Counted from the first letter of the stretch, positions 27,546 to 37,193 are shown. The stretch: DNA of 64,000 nt from Candidatus Eiseniibacteriota bacterium (GCA_963792585.1 CAWBWI010000003.1:896001-960000); one strand, 5' to 3'. Numbers and translations are program-made. The notes: generated by a model not told the origin, from the letters alone.

Positions 27546-28544
27546 TTAGTCTGCCATCGCCTCCGGGCCGCCATGGATGGCATCCTCGATGCGGCGGCGT
27601 AGGCGCGGGCCCCAAGGATTGCCGTCGAATGGAAGCGCATCGGGGTCAAAGAAGGCGACCTCGAGGCTCTCGACGCCGTCAGGACGCAGCTCGCCGCCTT
27701 CCACCTCGCACAGAAAGCTCGCGACGGCCAGCCACACCTGATCGCCGTTAGGGTAGGTGCTGCGCTGCTCCGGTCCGGTGTAGAAGCCGCCCAGCCGTAC
27801 GGGGCGCACCCGAAGGCCTGTCTCCTCGAAAACCTCACGGGAGCAGGTGAGGTCGATGCGTTCCCCCAACTCCATCCCGCCGGCGGGGAGGCCCCAGAGG
27901 CCGGTGTCGCCGCGGCGATGGAGGAGGATTCGTCCTTCCGCGTCACGCACGACCGCGCAGGCGCACGGCATGAGAAGGGGCTCACTGCCGACGCGCCCAC
28001 GGAGCCAGCGGATCAACCCCTCCGGATGGGGATTCGCATCTTCGAGGCGGCCCGCGTCATGGCGTGTTGGGCCGTCGGTCGCGCGCGCGTCGTGGAGCAT
28101 CTGCTCGTACCAGGGGAAGAGCTTCGGCGCCTCCTCGATCGGGAGGAACTTCTGGCCGAGCGACTCGGTGCCGTCGGGGTGATCGGCGCCCCCCGCGATC
28201 GAACACTCGAAGCAGGCGGTCACCTGCTGGACGACGTCCCCGTTGCGGTAGTGGACATTGTATTCGGGCGATGTGTAGAGGCCGACGAAGCGGCCGGGCC
28301 GCACGTCGAACCCCGTCTCCTCGCGCGCCTCGCGCACGAGCGTCTGTCGGATCGTCTCGCCCGGCTCGAGCAGGCCGCCGGGAAGACCCCAGATCTTGAA
28401 ATCGCCGCGGTGTTGAAAGAGGATGCGGCCCTGCGCGTCGCGGATGAGCGCGGTCGCGTAGACGAGAAGAATCGGCGCATTGCCGACTCGAGAGCGGATC
28501 CACTCCAGATAGGTGGCGGACGGCTGTGGATCAGGATGCTGCAT
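27546..28544 (-). CDS. Tandem double NUDIX hydrolase
   Basis: Two Nudix boxes, GGLLEPGETIRQTLVREAREETG and AGGMELGERIDLTCSREVFEETG; ATG 28544. Confidence 0.9.
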   Translation of the reverse strand: MQHPDPQPSATYLEWIRSRVGNAPILLVYATALIRDAQGRILFQHRGDFKIWGLPGGLLEPGETIRQTLVREAREETGFDVRPGRFVGLYTSPEYNVHYRNGDVVQQVTACFECSIAGGADHPDGTESLGQKFLPIEEAPKLFPWYEQMLHDARATDGPTRHDAGRLEDANPHPEGLIRWLRGRVGSEPLLMPCACAVVRDAEGRILLHRRGDTGLWGLPAGGMELGERIDLTCSREVFEETGLRVRPVRLGGFYTGPEQRSTYPNGDQVWLAVASFLCEVEGGELRPDGVESLEVAFFDPDALPFDGNPWGPRLRRRIEDAIHGGPEAMAD

Positions 28545-28595
28545 GGCTCCACTGTAACCGATCATGGAGGCGCAGGCCCGCGTCGGGCGTCGCGT

Positions 28596-29026
28596 CGCGG
28601 GCTTCGCGTCCGGCGGGCGCCTCCAGTCGGCGCATAGCGCAGCTCCTTCCGGCGTCCGCCTCCCGCTCGCCCGTGGACCGCCGGCGGTCTGCGCGCGGGC
28701 TTCGCGTCCGGCGGGTGCCTCCAGTCGGCGCATAGCGCAGCTCCTTCCAGCGCCCGCCTCCCGCTCGCCCGTGGACCGCCGCTGGCCTGCGTGCGGGCGT
28801 CACGCCGCGCGACGCGGCGCGGGCTTCGCGTCCGGCGGGCGCCTTCAGTCGGCGCATAGCGCAGCTCCTTCCGGCGTCCGCCTCCCGCTCGCCCGTGGGC
28901 CGCCGCTGGCCTGCGTGCGGGCGTCACGCCGCGCGTCGCGCCGCGGGCGTCGCGTCCGGCGGGTGCCTCCAGTCGGCGCATAGCGCAGCTCCTTCCAGCA
29001 CCCGCCTCCCGCTCGCCCGTGGACCG
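28596..29026. repeat. Four-copy array of an ~85-bp structured REP-like element
   Basis: Copies start at 28596, 28694, 28818 and 28942; core cgcgtccggcgggYgccTYcagtcggcgcatagcgcagctccttccRgcRYccgcctcccgctcgcccgtgg. Confidence 0.92.
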
Positions 29027-29040
29027 TCGGGGCGATCCAG

Positions 29041-32000
29041 CTATCTGAGGATGACCAGGCGCCGGCTCTCCCGGTACGGTCCGGCCTCGATCCTGTAGAA
29101 GTAAACACCCGCACCCACCCGCCGGTGCGCGCCGTCCGTGCCGTCCCAGACGAGGGCATGCCCACCGGCGCTTCGCGGCCCGTTCAGGAGCCTGCGCACG
29201 AGGCGACCGCTCACGTCGAATACGCTGAGGCGGACGTCGCTGGGCGTCGCGAGGTGGAATCGAAGTGTCGTCGCATCCAGGAACGGATTCGGCCCCCCGG
29301 GCAGGATTCGCGTCCGGAGTGCCGGCGGGGTGTCCCCGATTCCCGCGGCATAGAGATAGCTCACCTGGGCGGCCTCCGCGCTCTGTCGCAAATCGTCGAG
29401 GGACGAGCCGCCGATGAGAGCGAACGCGAACTCCTGCATCTCGCCCGGAGCGAGATCGAAGGGTCCGGTCGCGGCAAGCACTCCATAGTCGTCCGGGTTG
29501 GGCGCACTCTTCAAGATGTGGGCCGAGTCCGAAGCGGACAAGAATGCGAACTTGTCGGCATCCAGAATGTACTCGTTCGGGTAGACATACGTCGGATTGT
29601 GGATCAGGGTCAGATGACGGTGCACAACCTGGACGCTGTCACCGTCTCCTCCCCGTTCGCCGGCGAGTAGCCGCAGGCCGGCATACGTCGAGCCGTCGGT
29701 CAGGAAGGCGAGGCCCGGGCCCTCTTCGACGGCTCCGGTATTCGTCGTATAGGTCAAGGAGTTGATGTCCAGGTCGAGGAAGAGCCCTGCGTAAAGGCCG
29801 GCGAGCGGCTGTTCCGAGCGATTCCGAACGAGGTAACGGAGAACGACGAAGTTCTCCCTCGGAGCGGACAGGAATCCCCATGACTCCTGCTGGACCGTGA
29901 TTCCGAGCGGTTGCGCCGCTCCTTCATCAGAGAAGAACGCCTGAATGTCCTGGTCCGACTGGTTGTCGGTGCTGTACCAGATGTGCCCGTCTGGATCGCG
30001 CGATACGTCCCACTCCTTGCTCGGGTCGAGATCGTAGTCTCGATTCTCGACAGTGGCCGCATCACTCGCGATCCAGAAACTGCCGACGAAGAGCAGGTTC
30101 TGGACGCCGGCCGGATAGATGAAGCCGTTTCCCTGGGTTCCCGTCGCATCCATGAAACCGACGATCCCGCGATCCGTCACGGTCAGGCTGCAGTTGCCGG
30201 CGATCTGGTCGGCGTAGTCGCGTGACTCGGTGCAGCCAACCGGGTACGCCCCCATCAGTGCGCAGCCGGGCGGAGAGTGTGGAGCACAAGGGGAATTGTC
30301 CTGGAGATGGTAGTCCCCGTCCATGGAGTCACAATAGAAGGGATCCTGGCCGATGTTTCCGTTCAAACCGAGCTGGTCGGCGATTCCCCCCACCCAGTCC
30401 CCACCGGCATTGCCGAAGATGTCGCAGCATGAGAGGTTCGCGCCCTGAGGCTCGTCGCACCAGACGCCCGGGCCGGGCACGTTGAAGCTCACGATCGTGT
30501 TGGCAAAGCTCGCGTGGGAGCCCTCTCCCAGGTAGACGGCCGACCCATTGTCCGGCCGGCCGGACGGCGGGTAGGCGGCGTTGTTCTTGTCGATGGTCGT
30601 CCCGGAGTTGGTTACCGTGGACGAGAGCGCATAGTAGGCCGATCCGTTGGTGCCCGCCGTGTTGCCGGTGAACAGGCAGTTCACGAGGGCCGGCGTCGAG
30701 TTCAGGAAGTAGGCTCCGCCGCCGTAGATCGTCGCCCCGTTCGCGTTGAAGATGCATCGGGAGAAGATCGTCGAGCAGCTCGATCCATAGACGCCCCCTC
30801 CACGCGCGGTCGCCTGGTTGTTGTCGAACGTGCAGATGGAAACGACCGGGCTTAGAACGCCCGTGCTGTAGGTCCAGATCCCGGCGCCGCCGATCGCACT
30901 ATTGTCGATGAATGCGCAATGGCTGATCTCGGGATTGGCGTCCCCCGAGCAAAAGGCCCCGCCGCCGTCATTGGTCGCCTCGTTGTCGGCGAACACGCAC
31001 TGGTCGATCGTGGGCGAAGCGTCGATGCAGTAGATGCCGCCACCGTTGACCCCTCGTCCTCTCTTGACGGTGATGCCGTCCAGAAGGGAGCGATACTCCT
31101 CATACGTCTGGAACTTGACCCCCTGGCCGCCGCTCTGACAATCGATGATGCAGGACTCGGGGAGCCCTGAGACGGAGAAGACCGCGATCTTCTTCCCCAG
31201 GAAGTCGATGCCCCGGTTTCCCTGGCCCGTGTAGGTGCCATCCAGCAACCCGACGGCAAAGCCGTCACCGAGTTGATTGATGGCGGCCTGGACGTTGGCG
31301 TAGTCGCCGGTGCCATCCGCTTCGACGGTGGAGCCACGGACCAGGTCAATGCCGCAGGCAGTTCCATGATCGAAGAGCGCGAATTGTCCGCACTCCGACT
31401 GAAACATGCTCGTCGCGCTGTGTCCGACGCCCGGAACGTCGGCCACTGTCTGGATGCATGGGCGGGAGGTCTCGGCGTAGAAATGAGCCAGGTAGTTCTT
31501 GTAGATGATGCCTCGGTCGTACCGACGCCGACCTTGGAGATTGGCCGCGCACACCATGTCGAGCTGATCGGTGAGCGTGTCGGCGGTGCCGAGGAGGTAC
31601 ATGACGCGACGCAAGCGAAACGACTCGATCAGGGTCAGGTCGCCGACGCGGCCCATGTAGTGGCCCACTGGGATCGCTTCAAAGCCATACTTGTAGTGAT
31701 TGAAGGTCGGACAGTCGGCAATGGTCTGCGCGTCGGGGATCGCGTAGTCGTACTGGGTCCCCTGAATCCATCGCGTTTGGTCGAGATACATGTAGGAAGA
31801 CGGATTGGCGACCGTGTAGCTCACCGTGATGCCGTAGTCGTCGAGCAGGTCTTGTTCGACCTGGTTTCCGATCGAGTAGCGATTCACGAACTGACCGCCT
31901 GCGGAGTGGCCGGCGACGACGATCTTTCGGAGGTTGACGTTGTTCTGCGCCAACCGCGTCAGAATCGAATCGACAACGGAGTATGAGCTAATCGAGGCGG

Positions 32001-32625
32001 GCCGGGGGTGGTTGGTCGTCGAGAGGGAGTTGTCACCTTGTGCCCATCCACCTTCGGACCAGAACAGGACGTTGCTTTCGAGTCCATGCTCGACGATGTC
32101 GTTTTCGATCAGGAATTGGGGGACGATGATGATCGTGTGATCATCGGCGTCCGCATCGTTCGCGGCCGTGACGACGGCATCGTAGTAGCCGTGCGCGTTC
32201 CTCCCGATGCCATGGATGACGACGACGGCTCGAGTGATGTTCGTGTACGCCCCGCCGAGCGCGAGGGATCGATAGTAGGGGACCTTGAGAGTGTTCCCCT
32301 GAAGCGCGAAGGTGATCCGGCTGTCCGCCACGTCGATGCTCGACCGATCCTCGAGATCCCCCTCGAGGGTGGAAGGCTGATCCGGTCCCATCCGGTCGGA
32401 TTCCACTTCGGCTTTCGCATCTTCGAGGTCTATGGGGCAGGGCCTCGCGGGTATCCCTGGGGTGGGGAAATGCGCTCCTGGGGGAGGAGAGGCTGTGGGT
32501 TCGAGCGCTTCCGCAGCGCTACCGGCTCCGGCGGAGGTGCCGGCAAGCGCCATACACACAAACGTTCCTGAGAGGAGGAGAACCGAGGCGAGGCCCCTGC
32601 GAATCGGAAAGATGACCGAGTTCAT
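29041..32625 (-). CDS. Large secreted protein: alpha/beta hydrolase, right-handed beta-helix repeats, C-terminal FlgD-Ig/T9SS-like domain
   Basis: GHSAGG nucleophile elbow; GGG...FxxN repeats; PNPF...VFDVSGRLVR...WDG...GVYF. Confidence 0.85.
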   Translation of the reverse strand: MNSVIFPIRRGLASVLLLSGTFVCMALAGTSAGAGSAAEALEPTASPPPGAHFPTPGIPARPCPIDLEDAKAEVESDRMGPDQPSTLEGDLEDRSSIDVADSRITFALQGNTLKVPYYRSLALGGAYTNITRAVVVIHGIGRNAHGYYDAVVTAANDADADDHTIIIVPQFLIENDIVEHGLESNVLFWSEGGWAQGDNSLSTTNHPRPASISSYSVVDSILTRLAQNNVNLRKIVVAGHSAGGQFVNRYSIGNQVEQDLLDDYGITVSYTVANPSSYMYLDQTRWIQGTQYDYAIPDAQTIADCPTFNHYKYGFEAIPVGHYMGRVGDLTLIESFRLRRVMYLLGTADTLTDQLDMVCAANLQGRRRYDRGIIYKNYLAHFYAETSRPCIQTVADVPGVGHSATSMFQSECGQFALFDHGTACGIDLVRGSTVEADGTGDYANVQAAINQLGDGFAVGLLDGTYTGQGNRGIDFLGKKIAVFSVSGLPESCIIDCQSGGQGVKFQTYEEYRSLLDGITVKRGRGVNGGGIYCIDASPTIDQCVFADNEATNDGGGAFCSGDANPEISHCAFIDNSAIGGAGIWTYSTGVLSPVVSICTFDNNQATARGGGVYGSSCSTIFSRCIFNANGATIYGGGAYFLNSTPALVNCLFTGNTAGTNGSAYYALSSTVTNSGTTIDKNNAAYPPSGRPDNGSAVYLGEGSHASFANTIVSFNVPGPGVWCDEPQGANLSCCDIFGNAGGDWVGGIADQLGLNGNIGQDPFYCDSMDGDYHLQDNSPCAPHSPPGCALMGAYPVGCTESRDYADQIAGNCSLTVTDRGIVGFMDATGTQGNGFIYPAGVQNLLFVGSFWIASDAATVENRDYDLDPSKEWDVSRDPDGHIWYSTDNQSDQDIQAFFSDEGAAQPLGITVQQESWGFLSAPRENFVVLRYLVRNRSEQPLAGLYAGLFLDLDINSLTYTTNTGAVEEGPGLAFLTDGSTYAGLRLLAGERGGDGDSVQVVHRHLTLIHNPTYVYPNEYILDADKFAFLSASDSAHILKSAPNPDDYGVLAATGPFDLAPGEMQEFAFALIGGSSLDDLRQSAEAAQVSYLYAAGIGDTPPALRTRILPGGPNPFLDATTLRFHLATPSDVRLSVFDVSGRLVRRLLNGPRSAGGHALVWDGTDGAHRRVGAGVYFYRIEAGPYRESRRLVILR

Positions 32626-33020
32626 GACGGATCACTCCTTCGCGGTGATGGCCGGGGATCGGGAGAGCCGGTCACAGTCGGTCATCGCCGACGGCCGAAC
32701 GATGAGTGAATTTCCGGACCCGAGACCGGTGATCGCAAGAGGATCGCGTGACTGCCATCACATTGGCTCTCGCGAGGCAGGAGGCACTGCGCCGGTGGGC
32801 CGCGGGCCATGGATGGAATCGTGCCGCTCGGACCAATTGTCGCGATTCAGGTCGGTCGCGTATGGAGCGGCAGGCGGTCAAGCCTTCGATGGGTGAGGCC
32901 GGACCTCGGTGTCCGCGGATGATTCTATCACCGGTCGCACGGGAATCACAGCACCGTTGCGCAGGCCCGGCTGGGCGGGCCCGCGCAGGTGGTCTTGTGG
33001 ATTGCGATCGCGATGCGACC

Positions 33021-35918
33021 CTATCGGATCCGCACGATCGGGCGCGTGGCGATCGTCTTCCCATCCACCTCGAGAGCATAGAAATAGACTCCGGCGGGCA
33101 CGGTCCGTCCGGCAATGTCCTTGCCGTCCCAGCGGACGACCCGCTCTCCGGCGGCCGCCGGTCCCTCGAGCAGGCTCATGACGTTGCGTCCAGCCGCGTC
33201 GATGATTCGCAGGCTCGCGGACGCTGCGGCGACGGGAAGTCGGAAACCGATGAGCGACGCGTCCCGGAACGGGTTCGGCCGCGCGGGCAGGAGCCGTATC
33301 GACGGCTCGGTGGAGACGGATTCATCCGCTCCCGCGGCGCCCGGCCCCATGAGGTAGATCGCGACGTCATCGATGTACCAACCGGGACCGTTCACGCCGC
33401 CGTCGCTGCCGAAACGGAACCGGATGGTCATGTGTGATTGCGCGTAGGCGGACAGATCGAAGGCGATGGGTTGCCATCCACCGGAGTTGCCGCTCCAGCC
33501 GTCCTCGTTTCCGAGACCGGACAGGAACTTCGCCGGGTATCCGCCGATGGGCGTGATCGTGACCCAGCCCGACCCGGTGTTGACCTGCACGTTGCCTCCG
33601 TCGAATCCGGACTCCGTGTCGTAGTAGTGCGTGAAGCTGAGGACGAGCGGGTAGCCGGTCGGGTCGAGAACCGGGCTGGTCAGGGTCGCCGTCGCGTTGT
33701 CGGGGTAGTTGCCCGTTAGATTCGTCCCCCAGCAGCGCGTCCCCGAGAACGCCCCATCCGGACCGACGCCGCTGGGCGTTCCCCATTGCCAGAGCGCATC
33801 TCCCGTGTATCCGCCGCCGCCGGCCTCGAAGGTCTCCGCGTCGAACAGCGTTGCGTTCGCGATCGCCCCTTGGTTCGCCTGGACCGCGAACGTCTTCCAC
33901 GCGGCTCCGTACGTGGGGAGAAGGCCGAAGAGCGCCTGGTAGCCCCCGCCGACGGGGATGCCGGGGATCCGATACGCGCCGGATGCATCCGTCTGCGTCG
34001 TCGGGAGCGGCGTATCGAGGACTCTCACCGTTACCCCCGCCAGGGGCGCGCCGGAATCATCGAGCACATTCCCCGCGACGTCATTGGACGGCGCCGGAGA
34101 AAGGGAGAAGTCCACGACCTCCTGCTGGCCCGCGCCGACCGTGACCACCTGCTCCGTCGTCAGATGGAAGAAGTCGGAAACGCGCAATGTGTAGATCCCG
34201 CTTCGCAGCGGGATCCGATAGGCTCCGGTCCCATCCGCCAGCGTGAGAATGTTGCGCTCCACGAGGAGGATCTTCGCGCCCGGGATCGGTTGGTTCGTCA
34301 CCGCATCGCGAACCGTTCCCGAGACCGTGCCGATTCCTTGCAGGAGCATCGCCCGGGCTGCGAGGAGGTTCGGGCGGTTGCCGATCCGCCTGGCACCGAC
34401 CCACGGGGTGCCCGTATCGAAGAGGATCTGCGCGGCGAGCGGCCCGCTCAAGGGGATCCCCCACAGGGCTTTGCTCATCCCCTGGAGAGACGCGACCGAC
34501 CCCGACACGATCGGGCTCGCGCTCGATGTTCCGTTGAACGCGGCGGTGTACCACTGCGTCTCCGCACCGCCTTGAAGATCTCCGTAGCCCGTCGTGGTGA
34601 CCGAATCACCCCAGCCGTTCAGATCGAGACGGCTCCCATAGTTCGAGAACCATTCGGCGTCGAGACCGGTGGGCGTGCCGGCGCCCACGATGATGGCGCC
34701 CGAGTTGCGGACGGTGCGGTCGAAGAGCCCCTGATAGATCGGATCGTCGTAGTTCTCCTCCCCGTTACCGGCGGCCTCGATGCAGATCCGCCCGTTCGCG
34801 ACGGCGGTCTGGATCGCGTCGAAGTTGTCCTGCCAGAATTCCATGGCGACATAGCCGTGCTGGCCGACGCCGTTCGCATTGGGACCCGGGGCGTGGAGTT
34901 CGATCAGGAAGAGATCGCCGATCGATTCGTTCGCGGCGGCCATGTCGATCGCGTCCGCGACCCCGACGTCGCCGATCGAAATGCCGCCGATCGCGAGATC
35001 GCTGGCAATGCCGGTGACGCCGGATCCGTTCGGGCGCCCGGCCATCTCGCCCATGACGGCCGTGCCGTGATTGCGCCATCCGGCATCGTTGATCGGCGTG
35101 CCCCCGGTGAAGAAGGGGGGCTTCAGGTCCTCGTGGTTCCAGAGCCACGCGCCCTCGATGTCGATGATGCGGACGAGGGCTCCGCGTCCTCCGGGAAAGC
35201 CCCAGACCGCCTGCGCGTTGACGCCGGATGGCGACGGGCCGAGGTATCCTTGCATGCCGGTGAAATCAGGCGTCGCTGGGGCAGGGGGACTCTGCGGGGT
35301 CCCGCCTTGAAGGGATGAGATCTGCCTCGACACGTCCAGTGTCGATCTGCCTTGCGCACGCGCCACCGCTCTCGCCGGCTGCGGAATCGGCTCGGCGAAT
35401 GCGCACTCGACGGGGGGGAGCGCCCGCACCTCCGCCAGCATCGAGGTGAGCGAGGCGGCGCTCTGCGCGCCGGTGGGCAGGCGGAACTCGAAGTAGAGGT
35501 TCAGGTCTGCAAGTTCCCAGCCGCTTTCCCGCTGCCCGCTCTCGCGGACGATGTCGAGCTCCTCCTCGGATCTGGAGAAGTGCCGCACGACCTGAACGCC
35601 CGGATGCGCGGCGAGCCATGCATCAACCGAACTCAAGTCCGCAGACGCATCGAGGCTCGTCAATCGCGCGCCGCGGAGTCGAATAAGAGTTCCCTCGTGG
35701 AACTTGACCACCAAACGATCGAGGCGATCGAATTCCGCTCGCGCAGCCGGCAATGTCGCCTTGGACAGGACGTGGCGGGGGAGGAGTCCCGGCTCCGTCG
35801 CAGGGGCGCTCGCCGCGGGCGCGGCGCCCATGGGCCCCATCAACACGGCCATCCAGGTGAGGAGAACGGCGGTCACGGCGAAGTCGCGGCCCGATGGGAG
35901 TGCGAATCTACGGTGCAT
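33021..35918 (-). CDS. Secreted S8 (subtilisin-like) peptidase with carboxypeptidase-regulatory-like repeats, beta-sandwich and FlgD-Ig C-terminus
   Basis: Catalytic triad IIDIEG / NHGTAV / FNGTSSASP; GWYIDDV; PNPF...WDG...GVYF. Confidence 0.92.
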   Translation of the reverse strand: MHRRFALPSGRDFAVTAVLLTWMAVLMGPMGAAPAASAPATEPGLLPRHVLSKATLPAARAEFDRLDRLVVKFHEGTLIRLRGARLTSLDASADLSSVDAWLAAHPGVQVVRHFSRSEEELDIVRESGQRESGWELADLNLYFEFRLPTGAQSAASLTSMLAEVRALPPVECAFAEPIPQPARAVARAQGRSTLDVSRQISSLQGGTPQSPPAPATPDFTGMQGYLGPSPSGVNAQAVWGFPGGRGALVRIIDIEGAWLWNHEDLKPPFFTGGTPINDAGWRNHGTAVMGEMAGRPNGSGVTGIASDLAIGGISIGDVGVADAIDMAAANESIGDLFLIELHAPGPNANGVGQHGYVAMEFWQDNFDAIQTAVANGRICIEAAGNGEENYDDPIYQGLFDRTVRNSGAIIVGAGTPTGLDAEWFSNYGSRLDLNGWGDSVTTTGYGDLQGGAETQWYTAAFNGTSSASPIVSGSVASLQGMSKALWGIPLSGPLAAQILFDTGTPWVGARRIGNRPNLLAARAMLLQGIGTVSGTVRDAVTNQPIPGAKILLVERNILTLADGTGAYRIPLRSGIYTLRVSDFFHLTTEQVVTVGAGQQEVVDFSLSPAPSNDVAGNVLDDSGAPLAGVTVRVLDTPLPTTQTDASGAYRIPGIPVGGGYQALFGLLPTYGAAWKTFAVQANQGAIANATLFDAETFEAGGGGYTGDALWQWGTPSGVGPDGAFSGTRCWGTNLTGNYPDNATATLTSPVLDPTGYPLVLSFTHYYDTESGFDGGNVQVNTGSGWVTITPIGGYPAKFLSGLGNEDGWSGNSGGWQPIAFDLSAYAQSHMTIRFRFGSDGGVNGPGWYIDDVAIYLMGPGAAGADESVSTEPSIRLLPARPNPFRDASLIGFRLPVAAASASLRIIDAAGRNVMSLLEGPAAAGERVVRWDGKDIAGRTVPAGVYFYALEVDGKTIATRPIVRIR

Positions 35919-35978
35919 GGTGATCCTCGCGCAGGTTGTGGTTCCAGTGCGGCGGGAGAGACCCGAAACTGTCCCTCT

Positions 35979-36008
35979 ATTTTACGCCCGCTGCCTCCCG
36001 AGCGGCAA
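35979..36008 (-). promoter_or_regulatory. Sigma70-like promoter of the S8 peptidase
   Basis: TTGCCG-N18-TAAAAT. Confidence 0.55.
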
Positions 36009-36099
36009 GGCGATCGGACCCATGAGGGGACTTGGTGATCGCCCGGCGGGGCGATTTCGCATTCGAGAGAGGAGAGGAGAAGAAGGTGCGGCAAGCGGA

Positions 36100-36287
36100 C
36101 GTCGGCTGCGCCAAATCAAAAAGCGAGGGAAATGCGGCCAGTTAGCCCCTCTGTCGCATCGCCCTCGCCCAGGCTTCTCTATGAGAGCTTGTGCCCCCGG
36201 AGCTAACTGGTACCGAGGTCGCTCCCCGTTTGACCGGCGCGCGTTCGGATCCCACCAGGAGCACTACTACGTTCCTGACAACCAACG
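36100..36287 (-). ncRNA. Unassigned structured RNA (sRNA or riboswitch-like leader) with alternative terminator/antiterminator folds
   Basis: Dedicated promoter; 5' hairpin UCAGGA..GUAGUAG..UCCUGG; terminator GCGAGGGCGAUGCG/CGCAUUUCCCUCGC followed by UUUUU; competing helix CCAGUUAGCUCC/GGGGCUAACUGG. Confidence 0.7.
36118..36168 (-). terminator. Intrinsic terminator
   Basis: 13 of 14 positions paired (36155-36168 with 36123-36136), followed by UUUUUGAUUU. Confidence 0.75.
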
Positions 36288-36317
36288 ATCATAGCAGGTT
36301 CGCGGTTCTGAAGTCAA
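36288..36317 (-). promoter_or_regulatory. Strong sigma70 promoter driving the candidate RNA
   Basis: TTGACT-N18-TATGAT with extended -10 TG. Confidence 0.75.
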
Positions 36318-36392
36318 GCTGATTCCCGGCTCGCCGCGCATCTTTGCACAGGAACCGCGGGCGCCGAATCGGATCGACCCCGCGCTCATGTC

Positions 36393-37019
36393 CTACCGGA
36401 AGCGACTCCTCAACCGTCCCCAGGTCGTCGGCACCATCGAACCTTCGGGTGCTGAGGCCGTTGTTCCGAATCCGAATTGCACATTATCGAACCAGACCGC
36501 ATCGCTAGAGTCGATCGTGATCTCGACCCGAGCAATGTTGGGAGAGTCAGAAGTGTATGCGTTGAAGCCATAGACCGCCGGACCGTTTCCGGTGCCGGAT
36601 TCCATGAGATCGAATGTGGCGAGAAGCTCATGCGCGGTGTCGTAGAAGGAAATGGTCGTCCCGAGAAACTGCAGGTCACCGACCCACACGGCCAGGCCAT
36701 TGGTGGGAGTGTCAAAGTCGACCGCCCAGCCACCTCCTCCTCCGCCGTTGTCGAGCGAGCTGAACAACGTGTTGTCGCCTTCGTATGGGTACTGTGCAAT
36801 CGAATACGGCGAGCCTTCGCCGAAGGGTGAGAACACCAGTCCTGGATACTCGGAGGAGAGCGGTCCGGTGAACGCCTCGAAGTCGATCTGGAGACTTGCA
36901 CCAACATCGTTTCTCCACGTCTGCTCATCCGCAACCGCGACCACGGCCGCGCCAACCTTGGGAACTGCGATCGCCAGAAGGAACAGGACGGCAATGGATC
37001 GAGAGCATATCTTGGTCAT
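36393..37019 (-). CDS. Secreted protein with C-terminal TWG motif
   Basis: ATG 37019, signal MTKICSRSIAVLFLLAIAVPKVGA; ends VPTTWGRLRSRFR. Confidence 0.8.
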   Translation of the reverse strand: MTKICSRSIAVLFLLAIAVPKVGAAVVAVADEQTWRNDVGASLQIDFEAFTGPLSSEYPGLVFSPFGEGSPYSIAQYPYEGDNTLFSSLDNGGGGGGWAVDFDTPTNGLAVWVGDLQFLGTTISFYDTAHELLATFDLMESGTGNGPAVYGFNAYTSDSPNIARVEITIDSSDAVWFDNVQFGFGTTASAPEGSMVPTTWGRLRSRFR

Positions 37020-37193
37020 TTGATTCCCATCTTTGTGAGGACGCTCAAGAGCGGATTCGCACTCACCCTCGGAGAACGCGGTGGAGATTCGGTTCTCCCG
37101 CATGCTTGTGAAAGGAGAGAGGATGAAAGCGCGAGTTTGGACCGCGGAGTGTCGCACGGACGCTGCGGTGTGTCAATTACGTAGGAGGTGTAC

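Noticed and set aside
28596..29026. CRISPR array
   Set aside because: Repeats are about 85 bp, linkers are shared rather than unique, and there are no cas genes in the window
28531..29165. ORFs spanning the repeat array, including the N-terminal extension of the NUDIX ORF
   Set aside because: Translations of the DNA repeat; the NUDIX gene more plausibly starts at ATG 28544
32811..32826. Sigma54-like CGGCACG box upstream of the 1194-aa gene
   Set aside because: Lacks the -12 GC dinucleotide at the required spacing
36100..36287. SRP RNA, tRNA, 5S rRNA or 6S RNA assignment
   Set aside because: No SRP helix-8 motif (CAGG..GNRA..AGCAG), no cloverleaf or TTCG arm, no 5S motifs, no symmetric 6S central bubble; left unassigned
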